Assembly (NCBI GenBank): GCA_009889625.1
Contig: WTZU01000002.1
Location: 12,472-76,471 of the forward strand
Reading direction: 5' to 3'
DNA: 64,000 nt
From: Candidatus Hikarchaeia archaeon HikBin5
GTDB taxonomy: Archaea; Halobacteriota; Halobacteria; Halobacteriales; Hikarchaeaceae
Shown: in pieces, positions 55,914 to 64,000 of the stretch
Layout: each line of letters begins with the position of its first letter
Numbering within the stretch: the first letter of the stretch is position 1
Position numbers and translations under genes: made by a program
The notes under the pieces: model-generated
The model's input: the letters and a program-made list of their open reading frames with translations, nothing else
What the model was told of the DNA's origin: nothing
The model's database searches: none

Positions 55914-57128
55914 TTATGCATAAATCACAGATTCGGAATCGTCCGATTCACTTGGATCATGAGTCATTAGATCAATAGAGGTGAGGAAATCATCGTTAGT
56001 TATTTCAGTTCTTGTTTCTCGGATTGCAGTCATTCCCGCTTCAGTACAAATTGCTTTTATATCAGCGCCACTGCAACCAGGAGTAAGTTCAGATAGTTGC
56101 TTGAAATCAATTTTATCAGAGAGATTCATATTTTTAGTGTGAATTTCAAAAATCCTTTCCCTAGCTTCTTCTTTTGGATAAGGGATCTCGATTAGTCGGT
56201 CGAACCTGCCGGGGCGTAAAATGGCCTCATCAAGCATATCAAACCGATTGGTTGCCGCAATTAGTCGGATATTACCACGGTCGTCGAAGCCATCCAGGCT
56301 TGCAAGTAATTGCATCATGGTTCTTTGAACCTCTGCATCTCCAGAAGTTTTAGATTCTATACGTTGGGATGCGATCGCGTCTACTTCGTCGATGAAAATA
56401 ATGGCGGGTTCATTTGCTAGAGCAAGTTGGAAGATATCTCGCACTAGGCGGGATCCTTCTCCGATGAATTTGTGCACTAGTTCAGAACCAGCTAGTTTGA
56501 TGAAAGATGCATTTGTCTTATTTGCTACGGCTTTGGCTAAGAGGGTTTTTCCAGTCCCAGGGGGACCATGCAATAGAACTCCTGCAGGAGGTTCGACGCC
56601 AACTGTTTTGAATATTTCAGGGTTTTCAAGTGGTATTTCGACGGCTTCTCGGATTTGTTGGATCTCTTTATCTAGCCCCCCGATATCAGAATAAGTAACA
56701 GTTGGGCATTCGTCTATTTGCATTGCTTGGGCTCTGAGGTCAGTTTCTTCTTCCAATATATGAACGATAGAGAGTGCACTATTAACTGCAACTCTAGATC
56801 CGGGTTTGATTTCTTCTTGGAGTTCGGGGAGAGAGACAGTGATTGCTTCTTGATTATTCCCATGTTGCCGGATGATGATGCCTTCTGGGGAAACCTCTTG
56901 CACAGTGGCTATGAATAGAGGTGGTTGTCGTAATTGTTGATTTTCGTGGTTTAAACGCTCTAGTTTTTGCAGAAACTTACTATTCTCAGCAGTTATATCT
57001 AGTAACTTATCTTGTAACTCGCTGTTTTTATCCCGGAATTCTTGTAATTCTTCATTCAGAATTTCAAGTTGTTGTTCAGGGGGCAGATCATCCTTTGGAG
57101 AGAGGTCCGCACTGTCGGTGGCATCCAT
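55914..57128 (-). CDS. pan: Proteasome-activating nucleotidase
   Basis: N-terminal coiled coil and OB domain, AAA+ module GPPGTGKTLLAKAVA and IIFIDEVDA, and a C-terminal ...VIYA (HbYX-like) tail. Confidence 0.9.
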   Translation of the reverse strand: MDATDSADLSPKDDLPPEQQLEILNEELQEFRDKNSELQDKLLDITAENSKFLQKLERLNHENQQLRQPPLFIATVQEVSPEGIIIRQHGNNQEAITVSLPELQEEIKPGSRVAVNSALSIVHILEEETDLRAQAMQIDECPTVTYSDIGGLDKEIQQIREAVEIPLENPEIFKTVGVEPPAGVLLHGPPGTGKTLLAKAVANKTNASFIKLAGSELVHKFIGEGSRLVRDIFQLALANEPAIIFIDEVDAIASQRIESKTSGDAEVQRTMMQLLASLDGFDDRGNIRLIAATNRFDMLDEAILRPGRFDRLIEIPYPKEEARERIFEIHTKNMNLSDKIDFKQLSELTPGCSGADIKAICTEAGMTAIRETRTEITNDDFLTSIDLMTHDPSESDDSESVIYA

Positions 57129-57304
57129 TATGGCGCGAATAGAAGTTCATTACATATGAGTTTTCGGATGGGGAACGAGGAGGAAGAGGAGGGCATAAAT
57201 TGATTTATTTGAGAATTCATGGGCCATGTTTGGATTAAAAATTATGTTTTTAAGTAATAAAATTGTATCGAAAATATTAATACCAGACATTATGTAGGAG
57301 ATAT

Positions 57305-57565
57305 ATGGGCAAATCTATTGGTAAAAGTTGGAAACCCGGTGAAGTCGGTCCAAATAGGATAGAGGAACTCCCCCCTAGTGCAAAACTTGTATTAAAAGTT
57401 TTAGAATATAATGAGGAATTGACTCAAAGGGAACTAATAGAAGAAACGCTGCTTCCATCACGCACGGTGAGATATGCACTTGCAAGGTTAGAAAAAGCTC
57501 GTTTGATTGAGGTCAGGTTTGCTACATCAGATGCCAGAATAAGGATATATTCCATAATTGCATAG
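57305..57565 (+). CDS. Small winged-helix transcriptional regulator
   Basis: LVLKVLEYNEELTQRELIEETLLPSRTVRYALARLEKARLIEV is a wHTH pattern. The gene lies directly upstream of mre11. Confidence 0.6.
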   Translation: MGKSIGKSWKPGEVGPNRIEELPPSAKLVLKVLEYNEELTQRELIEETLLPSRTVRYALARLEKARLIEVRFATSDARIRIYSIIA

Positions 57566-57631
57566 ACCCGTATAGTTCATGTAGAAAACTAAAGAAAATG
57601 ATTTAGGAATGAAACGATAGTAGATAGACAT

Positions 57632-58837
57632 ATGGGGCGAATAATACATACAGGAGATACACACATTGGGTATCTGCAATATCATTTGCCATCCAGACAA
57701 AGTGATTTTTTAAACGCTTTTAAAAGAGTAGTTCAAGATGCAATAGATGGAGATTTTGATGCAATTGTTCATTCTGGTGATCTTTTTGATAAAATAAATC
57801 CAGATCTAAAAGATATTGCAGGTACTATTGAAATTCTACAATTGGCGAAGGGAAAGGTACCAATTCTTGCAATTGCTGGAAATCATGAGATGAGAAGGGG
57901 AGGGATACAATGGATTGATTTATTCGATAGACTTGGTTTGGTCAAGCATCTTGATGAAAGTCCATACATAATTAAAGATCAAGAAGGAGATATTGCGATA
58001 TACGGGATGGACTATGTACATCAAGATAAAAGAGAAGAGTTAGATTATCAGTTTGAAGATAGTCAATCGAAATACAAAATTCTAGTTTCCCATGGGCAGT
58101 TTACACCATTAGTTCTTGTCCCAGGTAGGAATGCTTGGGACTTAGAAATGGTTTTGGAATCCTCAAATATTAAATTTGATGTTGTTTTACTTGGCGACGA
58201 GCACGGGCAAAAGCAAAAAATGATAGGAGATGTATGGGCAACGTATTGCGGGTCTACAGAGAGAGCATCAATAAAAGAACGTGAAAGAAGGAGTTACAAT
58301 ATCATAGACCTGAAAGATGGAATAAATATTAGCACAAGGAACATCCAAACTCGTGAATTTGTATACATCGAAGAAGAAATTACAGAACAAGATGGTATTG
58401 GTTATTTGTATGATCGGATAAAAGAGGAAGAACATAAATTTGTGGATGCTGTTGTAATTATTACCGTAGAAAATAAAGGAAGAAAAATCCCCATTTCAGA
58501 GATAGAAGAATACTGTAAACAGAGGGGTGCGATTTATGTGCAAATTAAATCAAAAGTTGGAGAAGAAGGAGAAACTAGAGTGGGAGAATGGGTCTCTTTT
58601 GAAGATCCTTCTGAGGCCATAGAATCAGGGATAGAAGCCCTGGGTTTAACTGATATTTCTCGTCAGATCGACCTAATAGTTCGTGATCAAAATATATTAG
58701 ATAGCAATCTCAAAATACATGTGAAAGAATTAATAGAAGAATTCCGGAATGGGATGAAAGGGTTAGAAGAGCCAGGAGTTGAAGACAACGATAAAAATGG
58801 GAAATCAGAAGAATATACTCTCGGTGATTTTTCATGA
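57632..58837 (+). CDS. mre11: DNA double-strand break repair nuclease Mre11
   Basis: Phosphoesterase motifs HTGDTHIG, HSGDLFD, GNHE and SHG. Confidence 0.85.
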   Translation: MGRIIHTGDTHIGYLQYHLPSRQSDFLNAFKRVVQDAIDGDFDAIVHSGDLFDKINPDLKDIAGTIEILQLAKGKVPILAIAGNHEMRRGGIQWIDLFDRLGLVKHLDESPYIIKDQEGDIAIYGMDYVHQDKREELDYQFEDSQSKYKILVSHGQFTPLVLVPGRNAWDLEMVLESSNIKFDVVLLGDEHGQKQKMIGDVWATYCGSTERASIKERERRSYNIIDLKDGINISTRNIQTREFVYIEEEITEQDGIGYLYDRIKEEEHKFVDAVVIITVENKGRKIPISEIEEYCKQRGAIYVQIKSKVGEEGETRVGEWVSFEDPSEAIESGIEALGLTDISRQIDLIVRDQNILDSNLKIHVKELIEEFRNGMKGLEEPGVEDNDKNGKSEEYTLGDFS

Positions 58838-60906
58838 AATTTGATCATTTGCAGCTGAAGAATTTTAAGCCATATAGAGATCTCCAACTAAATTTCAAAG
58901 AAGGAGTAATTATAATATATGGGCCAAATGGATCGGGGAAATCAACGCTATTAGATGCTTGTTTTTTTGCATTGTATGGAAAAGTATCAGCTAGAGGGAA
59001 GTTGGAAGAGATAATCACTAAGGGGGAAGCAAAAACTCAAGTTAACTTGATATTTTCTCAAGGGGAAAATTCATTCAATATTGAAAGGGAAATTACAATG
59101 AGAGGCGGTGCTGCGATAACAACAAAATGTACATTGAAAACGCCTACAGAAATTATATCAGGAAGTGGAATGGTTGGTAAAGAGATTGAAAAGATATTAG
59201 GAATGAGCCATGATGAATTTTTAAATTGTGCATATGTTCGCCAGGGCGAAATAAATAAATTAATAGATGCGACTCCATCTGAGAGGCAACGGTTTATAGA
59301 TGAATTACTACAACTTGGATTGCTTAAAAAATATGAAGATAGAATTTCAAAAGCACGTCTGTCGATAGTAGAGATGGCCTCAGAGCAAAAGGGTGCAATT
59401 GAAGAATTGAATAATCAATTGGGTAAAAAGGATCAGAGTGATCTATCGAAAGAGATCGAACATTTAGAAGAGAATGAGATTAAGATTAATACAGAAATTA
59501 AAAAATTAAATGAGAGCAGTGATCAGAGACGGAATGCCATAATCAAATTGGAAAAAATTATTGAATCTCATGGAGAAATTAAAGATGAAATAAAAAATCT
59601 TGGGATTAATATTAAAAGAAATAGTGAAGAATTAGTAGCATCAAAAAAAGCTTTCTCGAAAAATAATGAAGAAATGGCAAATGAGAGGAATGGAATTCAA
59701 GAAGAAATAAAAAAGGGACGGATTTTAGAAGAAGAAATAGACAACATAATATTGAGAAGTGAAACTGAAATTCAATATAAATTGGGGAGCTTGGAACTAA
59801 TTGAAGATGTATTAAACAATTTAAAAATTGAGATAAAGGCAAGTGAAAACGAAATTGGAAAAATGGAAAAGTTGATACAAGAAGGTAAATGTCCTGAATG
59901 TGGTAAAGAGATAGAAGGGGCACCTAGAATCGCATCGTTGGAAAAAGAGAGAGAGGACCTATCTGAAAAAATCATTTTGTTTGAAGGGTTAAATAAAGAG
60001 TGGATAGAATGTAAAGAATTGAGTCAAAAAATAGGAGATTATAACAAAGTTAGTGTAGAAGTCAGACGGAGGGGTGATCAATTGAATAGGCTAGAGTCTT
60101 CTGGTAAAATAATAAAAGGTGGGATTCAAGTAAAACAAGAATTACTCTTGGAAAATCAAACGAGATTGAAGAAATTGGAAATGGAATCTGGAGAAGATGG
60201 AGAAATAGAGACTATAGAAATGGAGAAGAAATCAGTGGAGAAGGAACTAGAAACTATTAAAAAAGATTTGGGTTCTTTGGAAGTGAAAAGGGAAAAGGTG
60301 AATCTAGAGAAGGTGCAGAAAAAGTTAGAAAGGATAGAAATAAAAGATCTAAAGGAGAGGATAAAAACTCTTGAGAAAGACAAAAGTGATATAGAATTGA
60401 TAATAGACGAAAGTGAAAAGTTGAAAAGTTATTATGGGATGTTAAGGGTAGAATTGAGACAGAAAAATCTTACCCGTCTAGAAATTTTGTTGAATGAAAT
60501 GTTCCAAACAATATATCAAAATGATGCATACGATCAGATTGAACTTGATGAATCATACGATTTATTAGTCTATCAAAAGGACGGAGAATTTTTGAATCCT
60601 AGGCAATTGTCAGGAGGAGAACGTGCGTTGTTCAATTTGAGCCTTAGGTCTGCAATATATAGATTGTTGATAGAAGGCTCTAGAGGAGTGATTCCAATGC
60701 CACCTTTGATATTAGATGAGCCGACCGTGTTCTTAGATGAAGGGCATGTGGGAAAATTGAGTGACTTGATTGAATCAATGCAAAATATAGGAGTGGAGCA
60801 AATTCTAATTGTAAGTCATGATGAAGAATTGCTTGATGCCGGTGGTTCGGTGATTGTAGTTGGGAAAGAATCTACAACTAACCGGTCGGAAGTGACTTTA
60901 ATCTGA
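58834..60906 (+). CDS. rad50: DNA double-strand break repair ATPase Rad50
   Basis: Walker A GPNGSGKST, long Glu/Lys coiled coil, zinc hook CPECG, signature LSGGE, Walker B LILDEPTVFLD and VSHD. ATGA overlap with mre11. Confidence 0.9.
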   Translation: MKFDHLQLKNFKPYRDLQLNFKEGVIIIYGPNGSGKSTLLDACFFALYGKVSARGKLEEIITKGEAKTQVNLIFSQGENSFNIEREITMRGGAAITTKCTLKTPTEIISGSGMVGKEIEKILGMSHDEFLNCAYVRQGEINKLIDATPSERQRFIDELLQLGLLKKYEDRISKARLSIVEMASEQKGAIEELNNQLGKKDQSDLSKEIEHLEENEIKINTEIKKLNESSDQRRNAIIKLEKIIESHGEIKDEIKNLGINIKRNSEELVASKKAFSKNNEEMANERNGIQEEIKKGRILEEEIDNIILRSETEIQYKLGSLELIEDVLNNLKIEIKASENEIGKMEKLIQEGKCPECGKEIEGAPRIASLEKEREDLSEKIILFEGLNKEWIECKELSQKIGDYNKVSVEVRRRGDQLNRLESSGKIIKGGIQVKQELLLENQTRLKKLEMESGEDGEIETIEMEKKSVEKELETIKKDLGSLEVKREKVNLEKVQKKLERIEIKDLKERIKTLEKDKSDIELIIDESEKLKSYYGMLRVELRQKNLTRLEILLNEMFQTIYQNDAYDQIELDESYDLLVYQKDGEFLNPRQLSGGERALFNLSLRSAIYRLLIEGSRGVIPMPPLILDEPTVFLDEGHVGKLSDLIESMQNIGVEQILIVSHDEELLDAGGSVIVVGKESTTNRSEVTLI

Positions 60907-60911
60907 TTCTG

Positions 60912-61121
60912 TTAATTATGGGGAATGTTCCTCTTGGCGATTCGGTAGTATTTCAAAGTGTGGATTGAACCGAAAAGACCTAGAAGTAGTAAAAATATAC
61001 TGACAACATATCTTTGTTCAAACCACCATAAAAGAAATCCAATTGAAATTGAAAAGAACGACAAGTTAAACAAAAATACAATGGTCCAGAACTGTTGTGA
61101 GAGGGGATGATCAGTGAACAT
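60912..61121 (-). CDS. Hypothetical 2-TM small protein
   Basis: 69-aa ORF with two hydrophobic helices, convergent with rad50. Confidence 0.3.
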   Translation of the reverse strand: MFTDHPLSQQFWTIVFLFNLSFFSISIGFLLWWFEQRYVVSIFLLLLGLFGSIHTLKYYRIAKRNIPHN

Positions 61122-61260
61122 GATCGAGGAGAGATTGCCGAAGTAGAAAAGAGACTAGGATGAGAATTCACCTATGGTTTATAATAGAGATATGAATAAT
61201 AGGCGGATTTGAGCGGGATTACAGGGGTTTTTTTAAGAGAGAAGGCCTAATAACCAAAAG

Positions 61261-64000
61261 ATGGGTCAATCAGATTTAAGTTTATTTGGAGAAGAAGTAG
61301 AAATCGGAGGGGGTGTAGATATGGAAATGGGAGAGAAATTAAAAGAAATAAAAACAGAGGTGCAAAAAGGGTTTTTGGAACTAGCTGTTTTTCAGATCAA
61401 CTACACACTTAGGAGAGTTGGAGATGTAGAAAAACCAATCATACATATTTTTGGAAGAACTATAGAAAATGAAGCGGAGCATGTTATTGTTCATGGATTC
61501 CGCCCATATTTGTACACACTAGAATCCACATTCCGTCGAGAGGTTGCAGAGGGAATACCAGGAGTTACTGGATGGGAACGTGAAAATGAAAATGGAGAGG
61601 ATTATATTAGCATCAAGGGGGAAAGGTTGGTCAAAATATATGGCCAGACCCCTAGAGATGTAGGAAAATTTAGAGAAGAATTTGATCACTATGAGGCAGA
61701 CATCCTATTTCCAAATAGATTTCTGATTGACAAGGATATCGGAAGTGGCATACGGATACCGGAACGGAGGAACTCAGAGGGAGATATAGAAGTGGGCTAT
61801 GAAGATGTAGTGGCAGCAGATGTTTCTAGTGATTTGAGAATTAATACTTTTGATATAGAAGTAGAAGACAGGAATGGTTTTCCAGAAAATGGAGAAGAAA
61901 CTATTTTGTGCATATCGAGTCACGATTCATATACAAACGAATACATTGCATGGATACATGGTTGTGATAAGAGCGACGTTGATGTGGAGGAGCACCTATT
62001 AATAGATAAAAATGCATCGGCGAGCACATATATCTTTGAAACAGAAGAAGAAATGCTCGAAGCATTTATAGATTATATCGAAGAGACAGATCCTGATGTA
62101 CTTACTGGATGGAATTTTGTAGATTTCGATATATCATATTTCGTAGCTAGATTGAAAAAATTGGATAAAAACACAGAATTTAGTATTGATTTCAACCGGC
62201 TGTCAAGGATAGAAGAAGTCTGGGAAAATAATTGGAGGGGTCCAAACATCAAGGGCAGAATTGCATTTGATTTATTATACGCTTATAGAAGAACCAATTT
62301 CTCAGAATTGGAATCATATAGGCTTGACGCAGTTGCCATGACAGAATTGGGAATTGGAAAAGAACGATACATTGGGACGATTGGAGCCCTATGGGAAACG
62401 GACCCATCGCAATTATTGAGGTATAATATTAGAGATGTGGAATTGTGTGTTGAGATTGATCGTAAACAAGGGATCATCCCGTTCTGGAAAGAGGTTGCAG
62501 CATTTGTAGGTTGTAAGTTAGAGGATGCGACCACACCGGGAGATACAGTAGATATGTTAGTACTTCACAAAGTGCGGGGGAAATTTGTACTTCCATCAAA
62601 GAGAAGGGCCCAATCGGAGGATTATGAAGGAGGACAAGTTCTCACCCCAACAAAGGGAGTAAGAGAGATGGTGGCTGTTTTGGATTTAAAATCATTGTAT
62701 CCCATGTGCATGGTGACGCTTAATGCTTCTCCAGAAACAAAAGTAGGAGAACAATACGATGGTGAGATCTATACGGCCCCAAATGGACAGGTGTTTCGAA
62801 GAGAACCGATTGGGATAATAAGAGAAATGGTAGATGGCCTATTGAAAGAAAGGGAAGGGAAAAAGGAACAGAGAGAGAAATATGATCGTGAAACTATAGA
62901 ATACGATAGATTTGATCGTCAGCAAGCGGCGGTAAAGGTTATAATGAATTCGCTATATGGTGTTTTAGGATGGGAACGTTTTAGACTATATGACAAAGAT
63001 ATGGCAGATGCAGTTACTGCTACGGGGAGGGAAGTAATCCGGCATACACAGAAGATAGCCAATGAGTTGGGGTATAACGTTGCGTATGGTGATACAGATT
63101 CTATTATGTTGGAACTAAAAAGTCAAGAAATGAATTCCCAAGAAGTGGGAGAGGATTTGTTGAGAGAAAATGCATTAGAAACTGCAATTGAAATTCAAAG
63201 TAAGATAAATGAATCATATGGAAAATTCGCAAAACAAAAATTGAATGCGGATGACCATCACTTCGAGATTGAATTTGAAAAATTATATAGGAGATTTTTT
63301 CAGACAGGTAGAAAAAAAAGATATGCAGGACATATAATTTGGAAAGATGGGAGGGATGTAGATGATATCGACATAGTTGGGTTTGAATATAGAAGATCGG
63401 ATAATTCGCCGATAACTAGAATGACACAACAAGCAGTGATAGAGAAAATAGTTCGGGGGAGATCGTTAGATGAGGTTAAGAAATATATACAAAATGTGAT
63501 AAAGGATTTTGAAAAGGGAAATTTAGATATAGAAGAGATCGGGATACCAGGAGGAATAGGGAAAAAGCTAGAAGAGTATGAAACAGAACCAGCCCATATT
63601 CGAGGTGCAAAATATGCAAATGCAGTATTGGGTACAAATTTTGATCGAGGTTCGAAGCCAAAGCGTGTGTATCTTAAAAGGGTCGATTCAATATTTTTTG
63701 AAAATTATAGGAAAGAAAATTCAGACATATTTCCTGCAGAGGGAGAGATTACAGAGGATCAACGGGGATTAACAGCCGGTCAGAGACAGAAAAGAAAAAC
63801 ATTTACAGAATTTCAAATGAAACAGGATGTGATATCTTTTGAATTTGCCGATCAGATCCCAGATAGTTTTGTAATAGATTGGGAATTGATGCTAGAAAAA
63901 GACATCAAAGGCCCTATTGAAAGAATATTAGATGGGATAGATATGTCGTGGGAAGAAATTAGGAGCGGTCAGCAGCAAACAGGCCTAGGCCAATACATGT
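61261..64000 (+). CDS. polB: Family B DNA polymerase (3' end at or just beyond window edge)
   Basis: My own translation of an open frame from the ATG at 61261 to the window end, absent from the ORF track. It contains Exo I FDIEV, SLYPM, KVIMNSLYG, YGDTDS at 63085..63102, and the terminal QTGLGQYM. Confidence 0.9.
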   Translation, partial: MGQSDLSLFGEEVEIGGGVDMEMGEKLKEIKTEVQKGFLELAVFQINYTLRRVGDVEKPIIHIFGRTIENEAEHVIVHGFRPYLYTLESTFRREVAEGIPGVTGWERENENGEDYISIKGERLVKIYGQTPRDVGKFREEFDHYEADILFPNRFLIDKDIGSGIRIPERRNSEGDIEVGYEDVVAADVSSDLRINTFDIEVEDRNGFPENGEETILCISSHDSYTNEYIAWIHGCDKSDVDVEEHLLIDKNASASTYIFETEEEMLEAFIDYIEETDPDVLTGWNFVDFDISYFVARLKKLDKNTEFSIDFNRLSRIEEVWENNWRGPNIKGRIAFDLLYAYRRTNFSELESYRLDAVAMTELGIGKERYIGTIGALWETDPSQLLRYNIRDVELCVEIDRKQGIIPFWKEVAAFVGCKLEDATTPGDTVDMLVLHKVRGKFVLPSKRRAQSEDYEGGQVLTPTKGVREMVAVLDLKSLYPMCMVTLNASPETKVGEQYDGEIYTAPNGQVFRREPIGIIREMVDGLLKEREGKKEQREKYDRETIEYDRFDRQQAAVKVIMNSLYGVLGWERFRLYDKDMADAVTATGREVIRHTQKIANELGYNVAYGDTDSIMLELKSQEMNSQEVGEDLLRENALETAIEIQSKINESYGKFAKQKLNADDHHFEIEFEKLYRRFFQTGRKKRYAGHIIWKDGRDVDDIDIVGFEYRRSDNSPITRMTQQAVIEKIVRGRSLDEVKKYIQNVIKDFEKGNLDIEEIGIPGGIGKKLEEYETEPAHIRGAKYANAVLGTNFDRGSKPKRVYLKRVDSIFFENYRKENSDIFPAEGEITEDQRGLTAGQRQKRKTFTEFQMKQDVISFEFADQIPDSFVIDWELMLEKDIKGPIERILDGIDMSWEEIRSGQQQTGLGQYM

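Noticed and set aside
62283-63661. Minus-strand ORFs 62283..62534 and 63476..63661, the only track entries in the last 3 kb.
   Set aside because: They lie antisense to a continuous plus-strand family-B polymerase frame (FDIEV ... YGDTDS). The track omitted that frame because it has no stop inside the window.

Overview
This is a gene-dense archaeal chromosomal window, about 40-43% GC by eye. I call about 70 protein genes and one tRNA. I saw no rRNA, CRISPR array, IS element or integrase. Archaeal information-processing genes include L15e (5' truncated), S17e, aSUI1, ABCE1, a Sec61-beta gene missed by the ORF track, NOG1-like and EngB GTPases, RFC large subunit, PAN, Mre11-Rad50 and a family-B DNA polymerase running off the 3' edge. 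Aerobic heterotroph metabolism is represented by a ferredoxin plus FixAB-FixCX/ETF cluster, succinyl-CoA ligase, malic enzyme, a short heme A synthase, Asd and PdxT. F420-related genes (cofD, cofE, npdG-like, an LLM oxidoreductase) are also present. A translationally coupled four-gene carotenoid operon (crtB, crtI/D, UbiA-type elongase, CruF-like) resembles the haloarchaeal bacterioruberin pathway, and a Tat plus lipobox signal points the same way, so I infer a low-GC relative of Halobacteria. The observations most worth follow-up are: (1) three tandem helical repeats fused to the N-terminus of ETF-alpha; (2) a two-gene split-cupin module present twice, about 22 kb apart and inverted, with one copy next to Rieske, amidohydrolase-2 and an orphan molybdenum hydroxylase large subunit and the other next to tRNA-Val; (3) an orphan nitrile-hydratase beta-like gene behind a Zn-ADH; (4) a short HerA/DUF87-like ATPase with a C-terminal membrane anchor, divergent from a 4-TM protein and next to an nfo-sprT pair; (5) a bacterial-looking GuaC. 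All functional calls come from motif recognition by eye, with no database search, and the starts of several genes are uncertain.
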